A DNA stretch of 36,820 nucleotides. It comes from Desulfurococcaceae archaeon (GTDB taxonomy: Archaea; Thermoproteota; Thermoprotei_A; Sulfolobales; Desulfurococcaceae). A model generated the notes under the pieces. The model worked only from the letters and a program-made list of their open reading frames with translations. It ran no database searches and was not told the origin of the DNA. Location of the stretch: positions 1,880-38,699 of the forward strand of contig JAWBAI010000011.1 of NCBI GenBank assembly GCA_038816475.1, read 5' to 3'. Shown here one piece after another: positions 28,165 through 36,820 of this stretch. The position numbers and the translations under genes are program-made. How positions within the stretch are numbered: position 1 is the stretch's first letter; every line of letters begins with the position of its first letter.

Positions 28165-28857
28165 ATGAGTGTTCTCGGTGTAAGAATGTACATTGCTATC
28201 AGTGAAAACCTGGTTGAAAAGTACTGTGGTTCGGAGAAGCTGTGTTTTTGGGCTGAAGTAGCACTTCTCTCTCCGCATGGTAGCCGAGACCTCTATGTCT
28301 TCGACTGCTCGTTGTACCAGCACGTTAAAACCGAGTACAGGGACAAGCCAGACTGCAGAATGCTACTAACATTCAAACTACCCATCAAAGCGGATGAGCT
28401 AGCCTACACGGGTGAAATGGGGTTTCACGTTCTGCGTGGGCCGGGTGCGTGCGATCAGGACGAGATCTCCAGGTATATCGCCAGCGTGTTCAAGCATCTG
28501 GACGAGAAAATAGAAGAAGCTGGAAGAGAGCTCGCTGAGCTATCCTACCAGAGGGAATCCTTGAGGAGACTCCTTCCACTTCCACGTGGTGATAGAGCTG
28601 TTCTCAGAGGAGTCTACTATGGGCTTAAGGTAAGAAGGGACATCCTTATGGACATTGCCAGCAGATTAGGCTACGTGAAGAACTCTCTCAACGCGAACGT
28701 TAAATCAGGTTACGTGCTGATCAGCCTTGATCCGGGAAGAGAAAAGTACACTGCTTTAACCCTGAACAAGAAAACGGAGCTTAAAGCCTACAGTAGGCTC
28801 CTGGACAAAAGCTCTCTTTTAAACGCTATTAGTTTGAGGTATAATACTGGTGTTTAG
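28165..28857 (+). CDS. Hypothetical protein
   Basis: 230-aa ORF filling the gap between lpdA and htrA in the same orientation; no recognisable motif. Confidence 0.7.
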   Translation: MSVLGVRMYIAISENLVEKYCGSEKLCFWAEVALLSPHGSRDLYVFDCSLYQHVKTEYRDKPDCRMLLTFKLPIKADELAYTGEMGFHVLRGPGACDQDEISRYIASVFKHLDEKIEEAGRELAELSYQRESLRRLLPLPRGDRAVLRGVYYGLKVRRDILMDIASRLGYVKNSLNANVKSGYVLISLDPGREKYTALTLNKKTELKAYSRLLDKSSLLNAISLRYNTGV

Positions 28858-28881
28858 CTACACGTGCATGAGTGTTGAATC

Positions 28882-29814
28882 ATGGATCTAAGGGCTCTGA
28901 GTAAGAGAGTAGCAGATGTTGTTAAGCAGGTGAAACCATCCGTTGTCACTATTCTAACGGAAGTACCGCATCCAATGATGTTCTTTGGCTATGAGCCTGT
29001 TCGTGGATACGGCTCCGGCTTCATAGTTGCACCAGGTTACGTGGTTACGAACGCTCACGTGGTGAAGAACGCTGCTAAGGTTGCCGTGGTCTTCAGTGAT
29101 GGTTACATGAGCGATGCGAGAATCGTAGCTGTGGACACCTTCAGAGACCTAGCACTACTCAGGGTTGCTGAGCACGGTGTTCCGATAAAAATGGGTGACT
29201 CGGATAAGCTGGAGGTTGGAGAAATCGTGCTAGCAATAGGTTCACCACTGGGTTTACTCGAGAACTCTGTGACAATGGGTGTTGTGAGCGCTGTTGGACG
29301 AACCATATACGGGCAGGATGTAACACTGGAGGACGTTATACAAACAGATGCTGCAATAAACCCCGGGAACAGCGGGGGTCCTCTGATTAATCTTGATGGT
29401 GAAGCTGTTGGAGTAACAACAGCTATAATACCGTTTGCACAGGGCATAGGGTTTGCAATACCAATAAACACTGTTAAGAGGTTCATCGGCATGATCTCGA
29501 AGTATGGTAGACCTCTTAGAGCATGGATAGGAGTCTACGTAGCACCGTTGAACCCAACTACTGCTGCACTCTACAAGCTCCCGGTGAACGAAGGCTTACT
29601 TGTTGTTAGAGTAGTACCCGGGTTTCCAGCCGATAGAAGCGGTTTAGCAGAGGGAGATATAATAGTTAGTGCTAATGGAATCCCAACGAGGAAGGTTAGC
29701 GACCTGAGAGAAGCAATCGAGCAAAGCATAGACAGAGGATTTGTGGAGCTAGACGTGGTTAGGGGTAGATCGAGGTTTAGAGTGAGAGTTGGAATAGTAG
29801 TTGAAGAGCTTTAA
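28882..29814 (+). CDS. htrA: HtrA/DegP-like trypsin serine protease with one PDZ domain, no signal peptide or TM
   Basis: GSGF, TNAHV, DLALL, QTDAAINPGNSGGPL, C-terminal PDZ. Confidence 0.93.
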   Translation: MDLRALSKRVADVVKQVKPSVVTILTEVPHPMMFFGYEPVRGYGSGFIVAPGYVVTNAHVVKNAAKVAVVFSDGYMSDARIVAVDTFRDLALLRVAEHGVPIKMGDSDKLEVGEIVLAIGSPLGLLENSVTMGVVSAVGRTIYGQDVTLEDVIQTDAAINPGNSGGPLINLDGEAVGVTTAIIPFAQGIGFAIPINTVKRFIGMISKYGRPLRAWIGVYVAPLNPTTAALYKLPVNEGLLVVRVVPGFPADRSGLAEGDIIVSANGIPTRKVSDLREAIEQSIDRGFVELDVVRGRSRFRVRVGIVVEEL

Positions 29815-29953
29815 TGTAACTTCGCATCACCCAGCCTTTACAACACCTTTTTCTCACGGAAGCTGCAGCATAACGGCTTCAAAGCTCTTAGTACTAGCTG
29901 AATTCTTCATGTTATGTGTAGATGATAGTATAACCTGTGTGAACAGTGCTCAC

Positions 29954-29977
29954 CGTGTAAACCACGTGGTTTACACG
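29954..29977. repeat. Perfect 24-bp palindrome
   Basis: CGTGTAAACCAC|GTGGTTTACACG in the intergenic region. Confidence 0.9.
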
Positions 29978-30132
29978 TAGCTCACTTGTTTCGTCTACGT
30001 CTCAGCAGGAACAAATGCGTAGTCATGGAGTTCTCGATGAACCACTCTGGTTAGAATCCACCGCGTTATGCAGAGTATAAAACTTTGCACGTGGTTTAGT
30101 CAAGTAGGGTTGAGTTCCCCGGGGGTGTAGGC

Positions 30133-31230
30133 TTGGATTGGAAAAACGAGTTACTGAGTTTACTCAAGCGGTTAGCTGAGATCCCAGGTCCCAGTGGTAG
30201 AGAAGACCCTGTAAGGATGACTGTTGTTGAGCTACTAAAGGACCATGTTGATAAGCTGTGGATTGACACCTGGGGCAACGTAATAGGGGTTAAGAAGGGT
30301 GAAAGCGAGGGTAAAGTAATGATCGCTGCTCACATGGATGAGATCGGGTTGTTTGTTTCGCACATAGAGGACGATGGATACTTGAGAGTAGTACCCATTG
30401 GTGGTGTTACAGAGAGGTCTCTGCTGTACCAGAGAGTTGTGCTGAGAACAAGAGACGGTAGGTTGATCAGGGGTGTTATTGGCTTGAAACCGCCACATGT
30501 TGCAAAACCCGAGGAGCTACAGAAGGTTCCAGAGCTCAGAGAGCTCTTTGTAGACATTGGTGCATCCAGCAGGGAGGATGCAGAGAAGCTGGGTGTTAGA
30601 GTTGGCGATGTCCTGGTGTTCGACAGAGAAGTTGTTGAGCTCATGGGTACACGTGTAACCGGGAAAGCCTTCGACGACAGAGTTGGACTTGTAGCATTGA
30701 TAAAGGCTGCACAGCTCCTGGTGAAGCCAAAGGTGGACGTTTACTTCGTTGCAACGATTCAAGAGGAGGTGGGTTTAAAGGGTGCTAGAACATCAGCATT
30801 CGCCATATCACCGGATGTTGCAGTTGCAATAGATGTTACCATAGCTAGCGATGTACCGGGTGTAGCGAAGAACGAGTGGTACACAAGGCTCGGTAAAGGA
30901 CCCGCTATAAAGGTAGCCGATGGTAGAAGTGCAAGCGGACTAATAGTGCACCCAAAGGTTTTCGACCTCCTAGTCTCGGTTGCCGAGAAGCACAAGATAC
31001 CATACCAGGTAGAGGTTATACCCGGTGGAACAACTGATGCGAGCATCATAGCCTTGAACAAGGAGGGTGTTCCAGCTGGAACAATATCGATACCAGCAAG
31101 GTACATTCACAGCCCTGTGGAGGTTGTGGATCTCAGTGATGTATACAACGCGGCTCTGCTAACAAAGCACTTCGCCGAAGAAGTAACAGCTGATTGGTTA
31201 AGAGAAGTCAAAGGAACCATCGTAAAGTAG
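30133..31230 (+). CDS. M42 family (TET-like) aminopeptidase
   Basis: PGPSGRE, AAHMDEIG, KAFDDR, QEEVGL, GGTTDA, YIHSP. Confidence 0.95.
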   Translation: MDWKNELLSLLKRLAEIPGPSGREDPVRMTVVELLKDHVDKLWIDTWGNVIGVKKGESEGKVMIAAHMDEIGLFVSHIEDDGYLRVVPIGGVTERSLLYQRVVLRTRDGRLIRGVIGLKPPHVAKPEELQKVPELRELFVDIGASSREDAEKLGVRVGDVLVFDREVVELMGTRVTGKAFDDRVGLVALIKAAQLLVKPKVDVYFVATIQEEVGLKGARTSAFAISPDVAVAIDVTIASDVPGVAKNEWYTRLGKGPAIKVADGRSASGLIVHPKVFDLLVSVAEKHKIPYQVEVIPGGTTDASIIALNKEGVPAGTISIPARYIHSPVEVVDLSDVYNAALLTKHFAEEVTADWLREVKGTIVK

Positions 31231-31318
31231 TCTAAAGTGGAATCTAAGCAATCTTCACAGTTCAACTGCTTTTAAATCAAGTCCCTGCGTTTTTAACCCA
31301 GTTCAAGCATTTAGCGAG

Positions 31319-31828
31319 CTAGTCTAATACACGGCTTACCAGTAGTAGCTTCTCTAGATAGTTTCTCAAGTCGTCAGTGCTCTTGATTTTACCCATCTTG
31401 ATCAGCTCAACCATGAACTCGTCTCCAAGATCCCTAAACCAGGCTTCCATGTAGTTTCTCAAGTGGTGTTCAAGCAACTGCTCATCCACGAAATTGTATG
31501 CTAGCAATGCGTAGAGCTGAAGATGATTCGAGAAGAACATTGGAATAGGGTTACCGGTTGAAGGGTCTGTTAACACGTAGCGTGGTGCGGTTTTACCTTC
31601 GCGAATAAGCCTTAGTGTTCTAACCATCTTCAAGCCAAGTGATGTTAGGTAAACTCTCTCTCCTCTCTTCTCAACTAAGCCTTCACGTGCAAGCCTTGCA
31701 ACATACTTGTTCAGCGTTTTCCGGGACAACTCGAGGAACTGCTGAAGACGGGGTATATCTATAACGCCACTTTCATCAGCGTAGAGTAGAATACGGTAAC
31801 AAGCGAGACTTCTGCTTCTTCTGGGCAA
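31319..31828 (-). CDS. Winged-helix DNA-binding protein with C-terminal DUF5752-like domain
   Basis: LSRKTLNKYVARLAREGLVEK...YLTSLG wHTH; C-terminal LEHHL...EAWFRDLGD. Domain call is tentative. Confidence 0.7.
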   Translation of the reverse strand: MPRRSRSLACYRILLYADESGVIDIPRLQQFLELSRKTLNKYVARLAREGLVEKRGERVYLTSLGLKMVRTLRLIREGKTAPRYVLTDPSTGNPIPMFFSNHLQLYALLAYNFVDEQLLEHHLRNYMEAWFRDLGDEFMVELIKMGKIKSTDDLRNYLEKLLLVSRVLD

Positions 31829-31896
31829 ACGCAGAACCCCCCTCCAGCTTGTTCAATAGAGTATACTTTGCGATCTAGTTTTAAGCAAAACCATGC

Positions 31897-32430
31897 TTAA
31901 GCATACCTGAGCTCTCCATCAACAACAACTGCACACCTGCTTAACCTGTGTTCAACGATGTTTTCTGGGTCGATTACGTGTAGAACTCTGAAGCCCTTAG
32001 CGTACAGGTAATCGGATAGTATCTTGCGGTGACACAACCAGGGGTACTTTTCACGGCAGAGAAGCACCGATGTTGAGCTTGAGGCTACCTTAACGAGTTT
32101 TTCAAGGTAAGGTTTTACAGCCGGGTTCAACGTTATGTACGTAGCGTACGCTCTGAAACCCTCCGACTCAAAACACCTTGCAACCCCGTGGTCTTCCACG
32201 TCTACACCGAACTTTCTGTATCCACCGAGCTCCGGTATCCAAACGTACTTAATACCAACTCTGCTAAGAGCCTCAGCGAGTGATCCACCGGAGAACTCAG
32301 GTAGTCTACGGGAAGTGTTCCACCTGCGAACATCCACAACGACTCCTACTCCGAGGTGCCTTAGTATACCGATCAGCTCTCCGAGCGTTCTCCCCCCGTA
32401 GCCGATCGTGTAGACCAGCAACCTGAACAC
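31897..32430 (-). CDS. DUF488 family protein
   Basis: YTIGY, VVDVR, PELGG and LLCRE...CHR motifs. Confidence 0.88.
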   Translation of the reverse strand: MFRLLVYTIGYGGRTLGELIGILRHLGVGVVVDVRRWNTSRRLPEFSGGSLAEALSRVGIKYVWIPELGGYRKFGVDVEDHGVARCFESEGFRAYATYITLNPAVKPYLEKLVKVASSSTSVLLCREKYPWLCHRKILSDYLYAKGFRVLHVIDPENIVEHRLSRCAVVVDGELRYA

Positions 32431-32448
32431 TCGTTGATAACCATTAGT

Positions 32449-32697
32449 CTAGCTCTTGGTTTTCTTCACGAGAAGCGCCTCGTATACTTCACCTATGCTA
32501 CTGCTGAATTGTAGTTCGTAGCCGTACTTCTCTGCGAGAAGCATAGCCAGTTGTTGAGGAAGCACACTTTGCTTAGCTTTAACTCTTACTCTACTAGCTC
32601 CATCCCTGAGAGCACCTATGAACCTAGCTAGTGGATTATCACTGCATCCAATAGAATCAGCGAGGTCGAAGAAGCGCTCATCGCTCTTCAAGTTCAA
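32449..32697 (-). CDS. Small protein, possibly TusA/SirA-like
   Basis: 82 aa; FDL...GCSDNPL resembles the TusA Cys motif; GYE...YEALLVK tail. Confidence 0.45.
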   Translation of the reverse strand: MNLKSDERFFDLADSIGCSDNPLARFIGALRDGASRVRVKAKQSVLPQQLAMLLAEKYGYELQFSSSIGEVYEALLVKKTKS

Positions 32698-32761
32698 CCC
32701 TGTATACCTTATGCACTAGCTGATTATATACTTAGCCGTGATCAAAGCTCCTCTCGGACTC

Positions 32762-34342
32762 TCAGGTCCTAAACACCACTATGTCAATACCGTAAATGGC
32801 TACAACTCCATTACTTATCCACCATGAGAACCGTAACCTGAGCTCGCAACGTGTAATGCTGTACGGAAAAGCAAAGAACCCTGTAATGTTCAGCGCCAGC
32901 CACTTGTTCATCCACTCTGGTGGCGGATATGCTTCAACTGAACCCGTGGAATCATAAACTACAACACCATTGACTACAGTTATGTTAGGTGTAGACGTAA
33001 ACCCTGTTCGGTTGATAAGCGCAATGGTAACATTAAAGCCTGGTCCACATGCTATGACAACGGGGCTTGTAAGGTTAAGTCTACTCTTGAATCCATCAGT
33101 TAGATTGCTGTAAACGGATAGTAGTATACCGCTGAAAGAGTAGCGGAACATGTAGAGATCACCGCCGAGAACTACGCTGAACCTCTCGGAGTAAACCAGG
33201 TTCCCGGCTGAATCACGTATTTCAATAGTTGCGTTCCTGAATATAAACCCCAGATCAGACGATGCGTTGTACGTGAAGCCCGTGAGATCAGTTAAGTTCG
33301 GGTAAACGTGTAAAACCGCTAATCCACCTAATGAAACAGCACTAGCTACAACACCCCCGGTTGAGTTTCTTAGAACAACACTCCAACCATCAGGAACACC
33401 AGTAACGTTGACAAACCACGGTGGATTATCCACAGTGACCAGCAGGTTATCGTAGTAAACCGTTCCAGTTACAAGCGTTGTGCTAACCCAGTAACCGAGT
33501 CCAACCGCGTACGGTACGTAGAGTGGAGTTGGAAGCAAGACGCTGTGAATAAACGTAGTGTTCACAAAGTGAGTAGCGTACCGTGTTGAGAAATCTATTG
33601 ATGCAGATGTATGATACATGTAGTCGTACTCGAGTATTAATCCGCCTAAAGGTCTTTCGGATACTGGGGTAAGCGTTGGTGATCTCCAGAGCGTAATATT
33701 ACTGCGAACATCATCACCCGTTCTACCAGCAAGCAAGAAATTTCTGTATCCAATGGCGTAGAAGGTGATGGGCGTAGTAGTCGAGTTGAGGTATACTGCA
33801 TCAACCCGTATAGCAGAAGCGGCAGTAAAGTTTGATCTCCAGGTTATAAAGGATACGTAAATCGTGGATCCATTCAACGCGTAGGAAGTTACATTGAGGA
33901 TCGCTGGGTTTACTATTGAAATACACCAGTAGTTCCAGGCAACACCTCCTCGAGAACCCGCTGATATGCTTACTGCTCCAAGGGTTGCACTGTAACCCCA
34001 GGTGCATGTTAAACTCGTGAGTCTTCCAGCAGTAAACGGGTTTGTATCAAAGGTATCATAGTATACAGCTGACCTCCTCAGTAACACAAGCTCTGGTCTT
34101 GCTGAAACAGTTGCATTAGCGTAGGTACCGTTCCCACCGATGTAAACAGTAACACCTGGTTCACTGGGGTCCTCGAACCAAACGCGTGGATACTCAACGT
34201 TCACAGCTGACTCCATGTACCTACGAGTAAACACTACAGCGTAAGCAGCAAACCCGATTAGCACTACGAGAACCAGTGCAGTTAACACGACCAAAAAGCG
34301 TACTCTACCGATAAGCGTGGAAGCGAACTCCATTGAGAGCAC
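32762..34342 (-). CDS. Secreted or surface beta-rich glycoprotein, possible fibre or adhesin subunit
   Basis: N-terminal hydrophobic signal ending AAYA; 19 N-x-S/T sequons by hand count; no C-terminal anchor. Confidence 0.75.
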   Translation of the reverse strand: MLSMEFASTLIGRVRFLVVLTALVLVVLIGFAAYAVVFTRRYMESAVNVEYPRVWFEDPSEPGVTVYIGGNGTYANATVSARPELVLLRRSAVYYDTFDTNPFTAGRLTSLTCTWGYSATLGAVSISAGSRGGVAWNYWCISIVNPAILNVTSYALNGSTIYVSFITWRSNFTAASAIRVDAVYLNSTTTPITFYAIGYRNFLLAGRTGDDVRSNITLWRSPTLTPVSERPLGGLILEYDYMYHTSASIDFSTRYATHFVNTTFIHSVLLPTPLYVPYAVGLGYWVSTTLVTGTVYYDNLLVTVDNPPWFVNVTGVPDGWSVVLRNSTGGVVASAVSLGGLAVLHVYPNLTDLTGFTYNASSDLGFIFRNATIEIRDSAGNLVYSERFSVVLGGDLYMFRYSFSGILLSVYSNLTDGFKSRLNLTSPVVIACGPGFNVTIALINRTGFTSTPNITVVNGVVVYDSTGSVEAYPPPEWMNKWLALNITGFFAFPYSITRCELRLRFSWWISNGVVAIYGIDIVVFRT

Positions 34343-34498
34343 CCAACGCTCACATTCACGTAATGCTTCTAAGCAAAACCATTGAACCTGTACACATATT
34401 GATACTAGCTAGTATATAAGGTTTATAGTCAAAAACAATACCCGAGTTCAACTCTGCCAGGTTTACACGGTGTAATACGTATGATTCTACTTTGATCG

Positions 34499-35398
34499 AT
34501 GCTTTGGGCGTTCGAGTTGAGAATTAAGGGTATACACTACGGTTTAACACTGCTCTACTCGTACATGCTACCGCTTTTCGAGATCGAGGAAACTCCTGGT
34601 GGATTCGTTTTTAAGAAGATGCGTGGTTTAGGAAGAGGACTTACATGCGAGTTCAACGAAGAAGAGCTTGAAACCAGGTGCATTGTACCCGGCGAGGTGA
34701 GCCGTGAATCTGTTGAACGTGTTCTTGGACCCAAGAAGCATTCTCTCTTTGGAGAGCTCTGCGTAAGGCTCGATCTTCCACCAAGCTACTGCAGTGTAAC
34801 GCTACTCTACGAACCTGCTGATGCAAAGCTGATATTCTACGCTGTGTACCTCTCCAGGAACACTGATTACTACGTGAACACTGTTAAATGGACTAAGCAA
34901 GCAGTGGATCACGGAGCGGTTGAATCCACTTCTTACATTCCACGTGAGTTCAATGCTTTGAAACCCCGCATTGACAACGTCTTCGCTGAGTACACAGACC
35001 CCACGGTGCTCTCAGTTGAGCTTTTAAAGCTTCGAGGAGTGGGTACCAAGAGTGTTTCAGCACTCATGCTCCACGGTTACGGCTTAACAGAGTATGCTCC
35101 AGTTGATAAACACTACGCTGATTACCTTGGGTTAAACCCTAGGCAACCTCCAAAATCAGCGTGCATCACCAGCGGCTTCAAGTGCTCAAGATGCACCAGA
35201 AGCTGCGTGTACAGGTACGCAGCGGTGAAGTACGGAGTCTACAACGGTGTAGTACAGTCTCTTACCTACATACGTGCAAGGCTTAGAAGAAGTAGAAGAA
35301 GCATCATCGAGGAAGTACTGGTTAAGGAAACCTCATGGTACCTGGACATCGTTGAATCCATACTGGAGAAGGCAAGAGAGCTTAAGCTCACGGTATAA
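34499..35398 (+). CDS. Divergent HhH-GPD DNA glycosylase/lyase with EndoIII-like Cys cluster
   Basis: YLSRNT, HhH LLKLRGVGTKS (Lys at the lyase position), APVD, C-x6-C-x2-C-x3-C. Confidence 0.65.
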   Translation: MLWAFELRIKGIHYGLTLLYSYMLPLFEIEETPGGFVFKKMRGLGRGLTCEFNEEELETRCIVPGEVSRESVERVLGPKKHSLFGELCVRLDLPPSYCSVTLLYEPADAKLIFYAVYLSRNTDYYVNTVKWTKQAVDHGAVESTSYIPREFNALKPRIDNVFAEYTDPTVLSVELLKLRGVGTKSVSALMLHGYGLTEYAPVDKHYADYLGLNPRQPPKSACITSGFKCSRCTRSCVYRYAAVKYGVYNGVVQSLTYIRARLRRSRRSIIEEVLVKETSWYLDIVESILEKARELKLTV

Positions 35399-35438
35399 GA
35401 GCAACCATGTACAGTATTGGTATGTGAGAGTGCTGTGA

Positions 35439-36218
35439 ATGCCTGGTTTAGACCCCTTCAAGATAACCGAGCTTGTTGAAAAGCAGGTAGTGCGTAGAAA
35501 AAGCCGAGGATGCGAGCGAAGATACTACAGGTTCAGAGGTGGACGATGGTACGGTGGTATAGCTACTGGTGATGTTGTTGGCTGTAATCTGAGGTGCAAG
35601 TTCTGCTGGAGCTGGAGGTACAGCTACTACTCGGACAAAGGCTGGTATGAAGCACCTGCCGCTGTTTTTGAAAAGCTAACTTCGATAGCCGGTAGATGCA
35701 GGTACAGGTACCTGAGGCTGAGCGGTGGAGAACCAACAATCGGGTTTGAACACCTCATTGAGCTTCTAAACCTGGTTGAGGAAACAAAGTACGTTTTCAT
35801 ACTGGAAACAAACGGCTTGCTCATCGGCAAAGACCCTGGTTTAGCCAGGAGGTTCGCGGAGTACAGTAAACTTGTCGTAAGAGTTAGCTTCAAGGGTTGT
35901 ACACCCAGCGAGTTCGAGTACCTCACAGGTGCACGAGCGGAGTTCTACGAGTACCAGTTCAGAGCTCTCGAAAACCTGCTGAAAGCTGGTTTAAAACCAT
36001 GCGAGGAACTCTACCCAGCTGTAATGCTCAGCTTTAGCACAGAAGAAAGCTACGTTTCATTCAAGAAGAAGCTGGCGGAGATTCACCCGTCTTTCACCGA
36101 GTGCATAGACGAAGAATACGTTATACTCTACCCCCACGTTAGAGAACTACTGGAGAAGAACAAGCTTAAGCCCAGAATAGCCTACGATCCAAGTGGTATA
36201 CCGGAGTTCATGATTTAG
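35439..36218 (+). CDS. Radical SAM enzyme, uncharacterised archaeal family
   Basis: GCNLRCKFC (CxxxCxxC), RLSGGEP, LETNG, VRVSFKG. Confidence 0.92.
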   Translation: MPGLDPFKITELVEKQVVRRKSRGCERRYYRFRGGRWYGGIATGDVVGCNLRCKFCWSWRYSYYSDKGWYEAPAAVFEKLTSIAGRCRYRYLRLSGGEPTIGFEHLIELLNLVEETKYVFILETNGLLIGKDPGLARRFAEYSKLVVRVSFKGCTPSEFEYLTGARAEFYEYQFRALENLLKAGLKPCEELYPAVMLSFSTEESYVSFKKKLAEIHPSFTECIDEEYVILYPHVRELLEKNKLKPRIAYDPSGIPEFMI

Positions 36219-36234
36219 CTTTCTCAAGCTTGGA

Positions 36235-36269
36235 TCTGAAACCTGTGGTTTGCAACCATAGGTTTCAGA
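36235..36269. repeat. 16-bp inverted repeat (hairpin) after the radical SAM gene
   Basis: TCTGAAACCTGTGGTT-TGC-AACCATAGGTTTCAGA; the single mismatch is a G-U pair on the + strand. Confidence 0.8.
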
Positions 36270-36392
36270 AAACAAAGAAAAACTACGACAAGCAAATACT
36301 GTGCAAGCACTGTGAGAAACGTGTTAACGGTACTGAACCTGCGTCTATTTACGTGCCTCCCTGAATATTGATGATTGTGGGTAGGAGTACCA

Positions 36393-36820
36393 ATGAGCTT
36401 CTCCAGGTATGCTGCAATTGTTAAGAACCTTCGAGGAGTTATGCTCTTCAACATGGATGAAGAAGGTGTTGAAGCCAGTATTCATTGGCTAGTTAAGAGG
36501 TTCAGGTACAGAAACCTTGGTTTAACACCTGCTCTGCTGGTCAAGTACAAAAGTAGATTATCCAGGTATCTGCATGGAAACCCGTTCAGAGAGCTTGTTC
36601 CACCCGTACCAGCTGTAAGTAATCTTGTTCACGTGCTTCAAAAGCACCTGGAAGCTCCCGTTGAGGTCCTAGAGCTCCTGGTTTACGCATCTACGTACGT
36701 ATCACCGGGTATTGTAGTAGGTAACACGTACAGAGGTTACCTCGAAAAGTACTCTGCATCAACTGTTCACGTCTGCAGGGAGATGAGTATTAACGACTGG
36801 AAGCTACACATGAGAATAGC
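36393..36820 (+). CDS. Hypothetical protein, truncated by the window end
   Basis: AGGAG RBS then ATG AGC TTC TCC; frame stays open to the window end (MSFSRYAAIVKNLRGVMLFNMDEEGVEASIHWLVKRFRYRNLGL...). Absent from the ORF track because it has no stop. Confidence 0.75.
   Translation, partial: MSFSRYAAIVKNLRGVMLFNMDEEGVEASIHWLVKRFRYRNLGLTPALLVKYKSRLSRYLHGNPFRELVPPVPAVSNLVHVLQKHLEAPVEVLELLVYASTYVSPGIVVGNTYRGYLEKYSASTVHVCREMSINDWKLHMRI

Overview
Gene-dense chromosomal segment of a hyperthermophilic crenarchaeon. Gene content and GGTGA/GAGGTG-type ribosome-binding sites (RBS) point to Desulfurococcaceae; this is an inference. The core content is: a HEPN/MNT toxin-antitoxin pair, a KaiC-like ATPase, two HhH-GPD DNA glycosylases, a PD-(D/E)XK nuclease, an NhaC-family transporter, the GMP synthase ATPase subunit and a purine PRTase, a WOR5-like tungsten oxidoreductase pair with a ubiquitin-like protein, SPFH/NfeD, DUF2139, speE, deoC, a complete glycine cleavage cluster with glyA, HtrA, an M42 peptidase, DUF488, a sequon-rich surface protein and a radical SAM enzyme. 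Several things are missed by the ORF track: (1) a ~220-bp probable IS607-type mini-element that keeps both repeat-array ends but only the tnpB 3' end (the omega-RNA region), directly upstream of a DNA glycosylase gene; (2) a surface metallohydrolase gene split by one in-frame TAG; (3) a ubiquitin-like protein whose LRGG is masked by an 18-aa tail; (4) a 25-aa Lys/Glu micropeptide with its own promoter, RBS and terminator; (5) intergenic C/D-box sRNA candidates; (6) a probable CTG start for gcvPA; (7) two long palindromes. No tRNA, rRNA or CRISPR array was seen. Family assignments come from motif recognition and recalled homologues, not from database searches.
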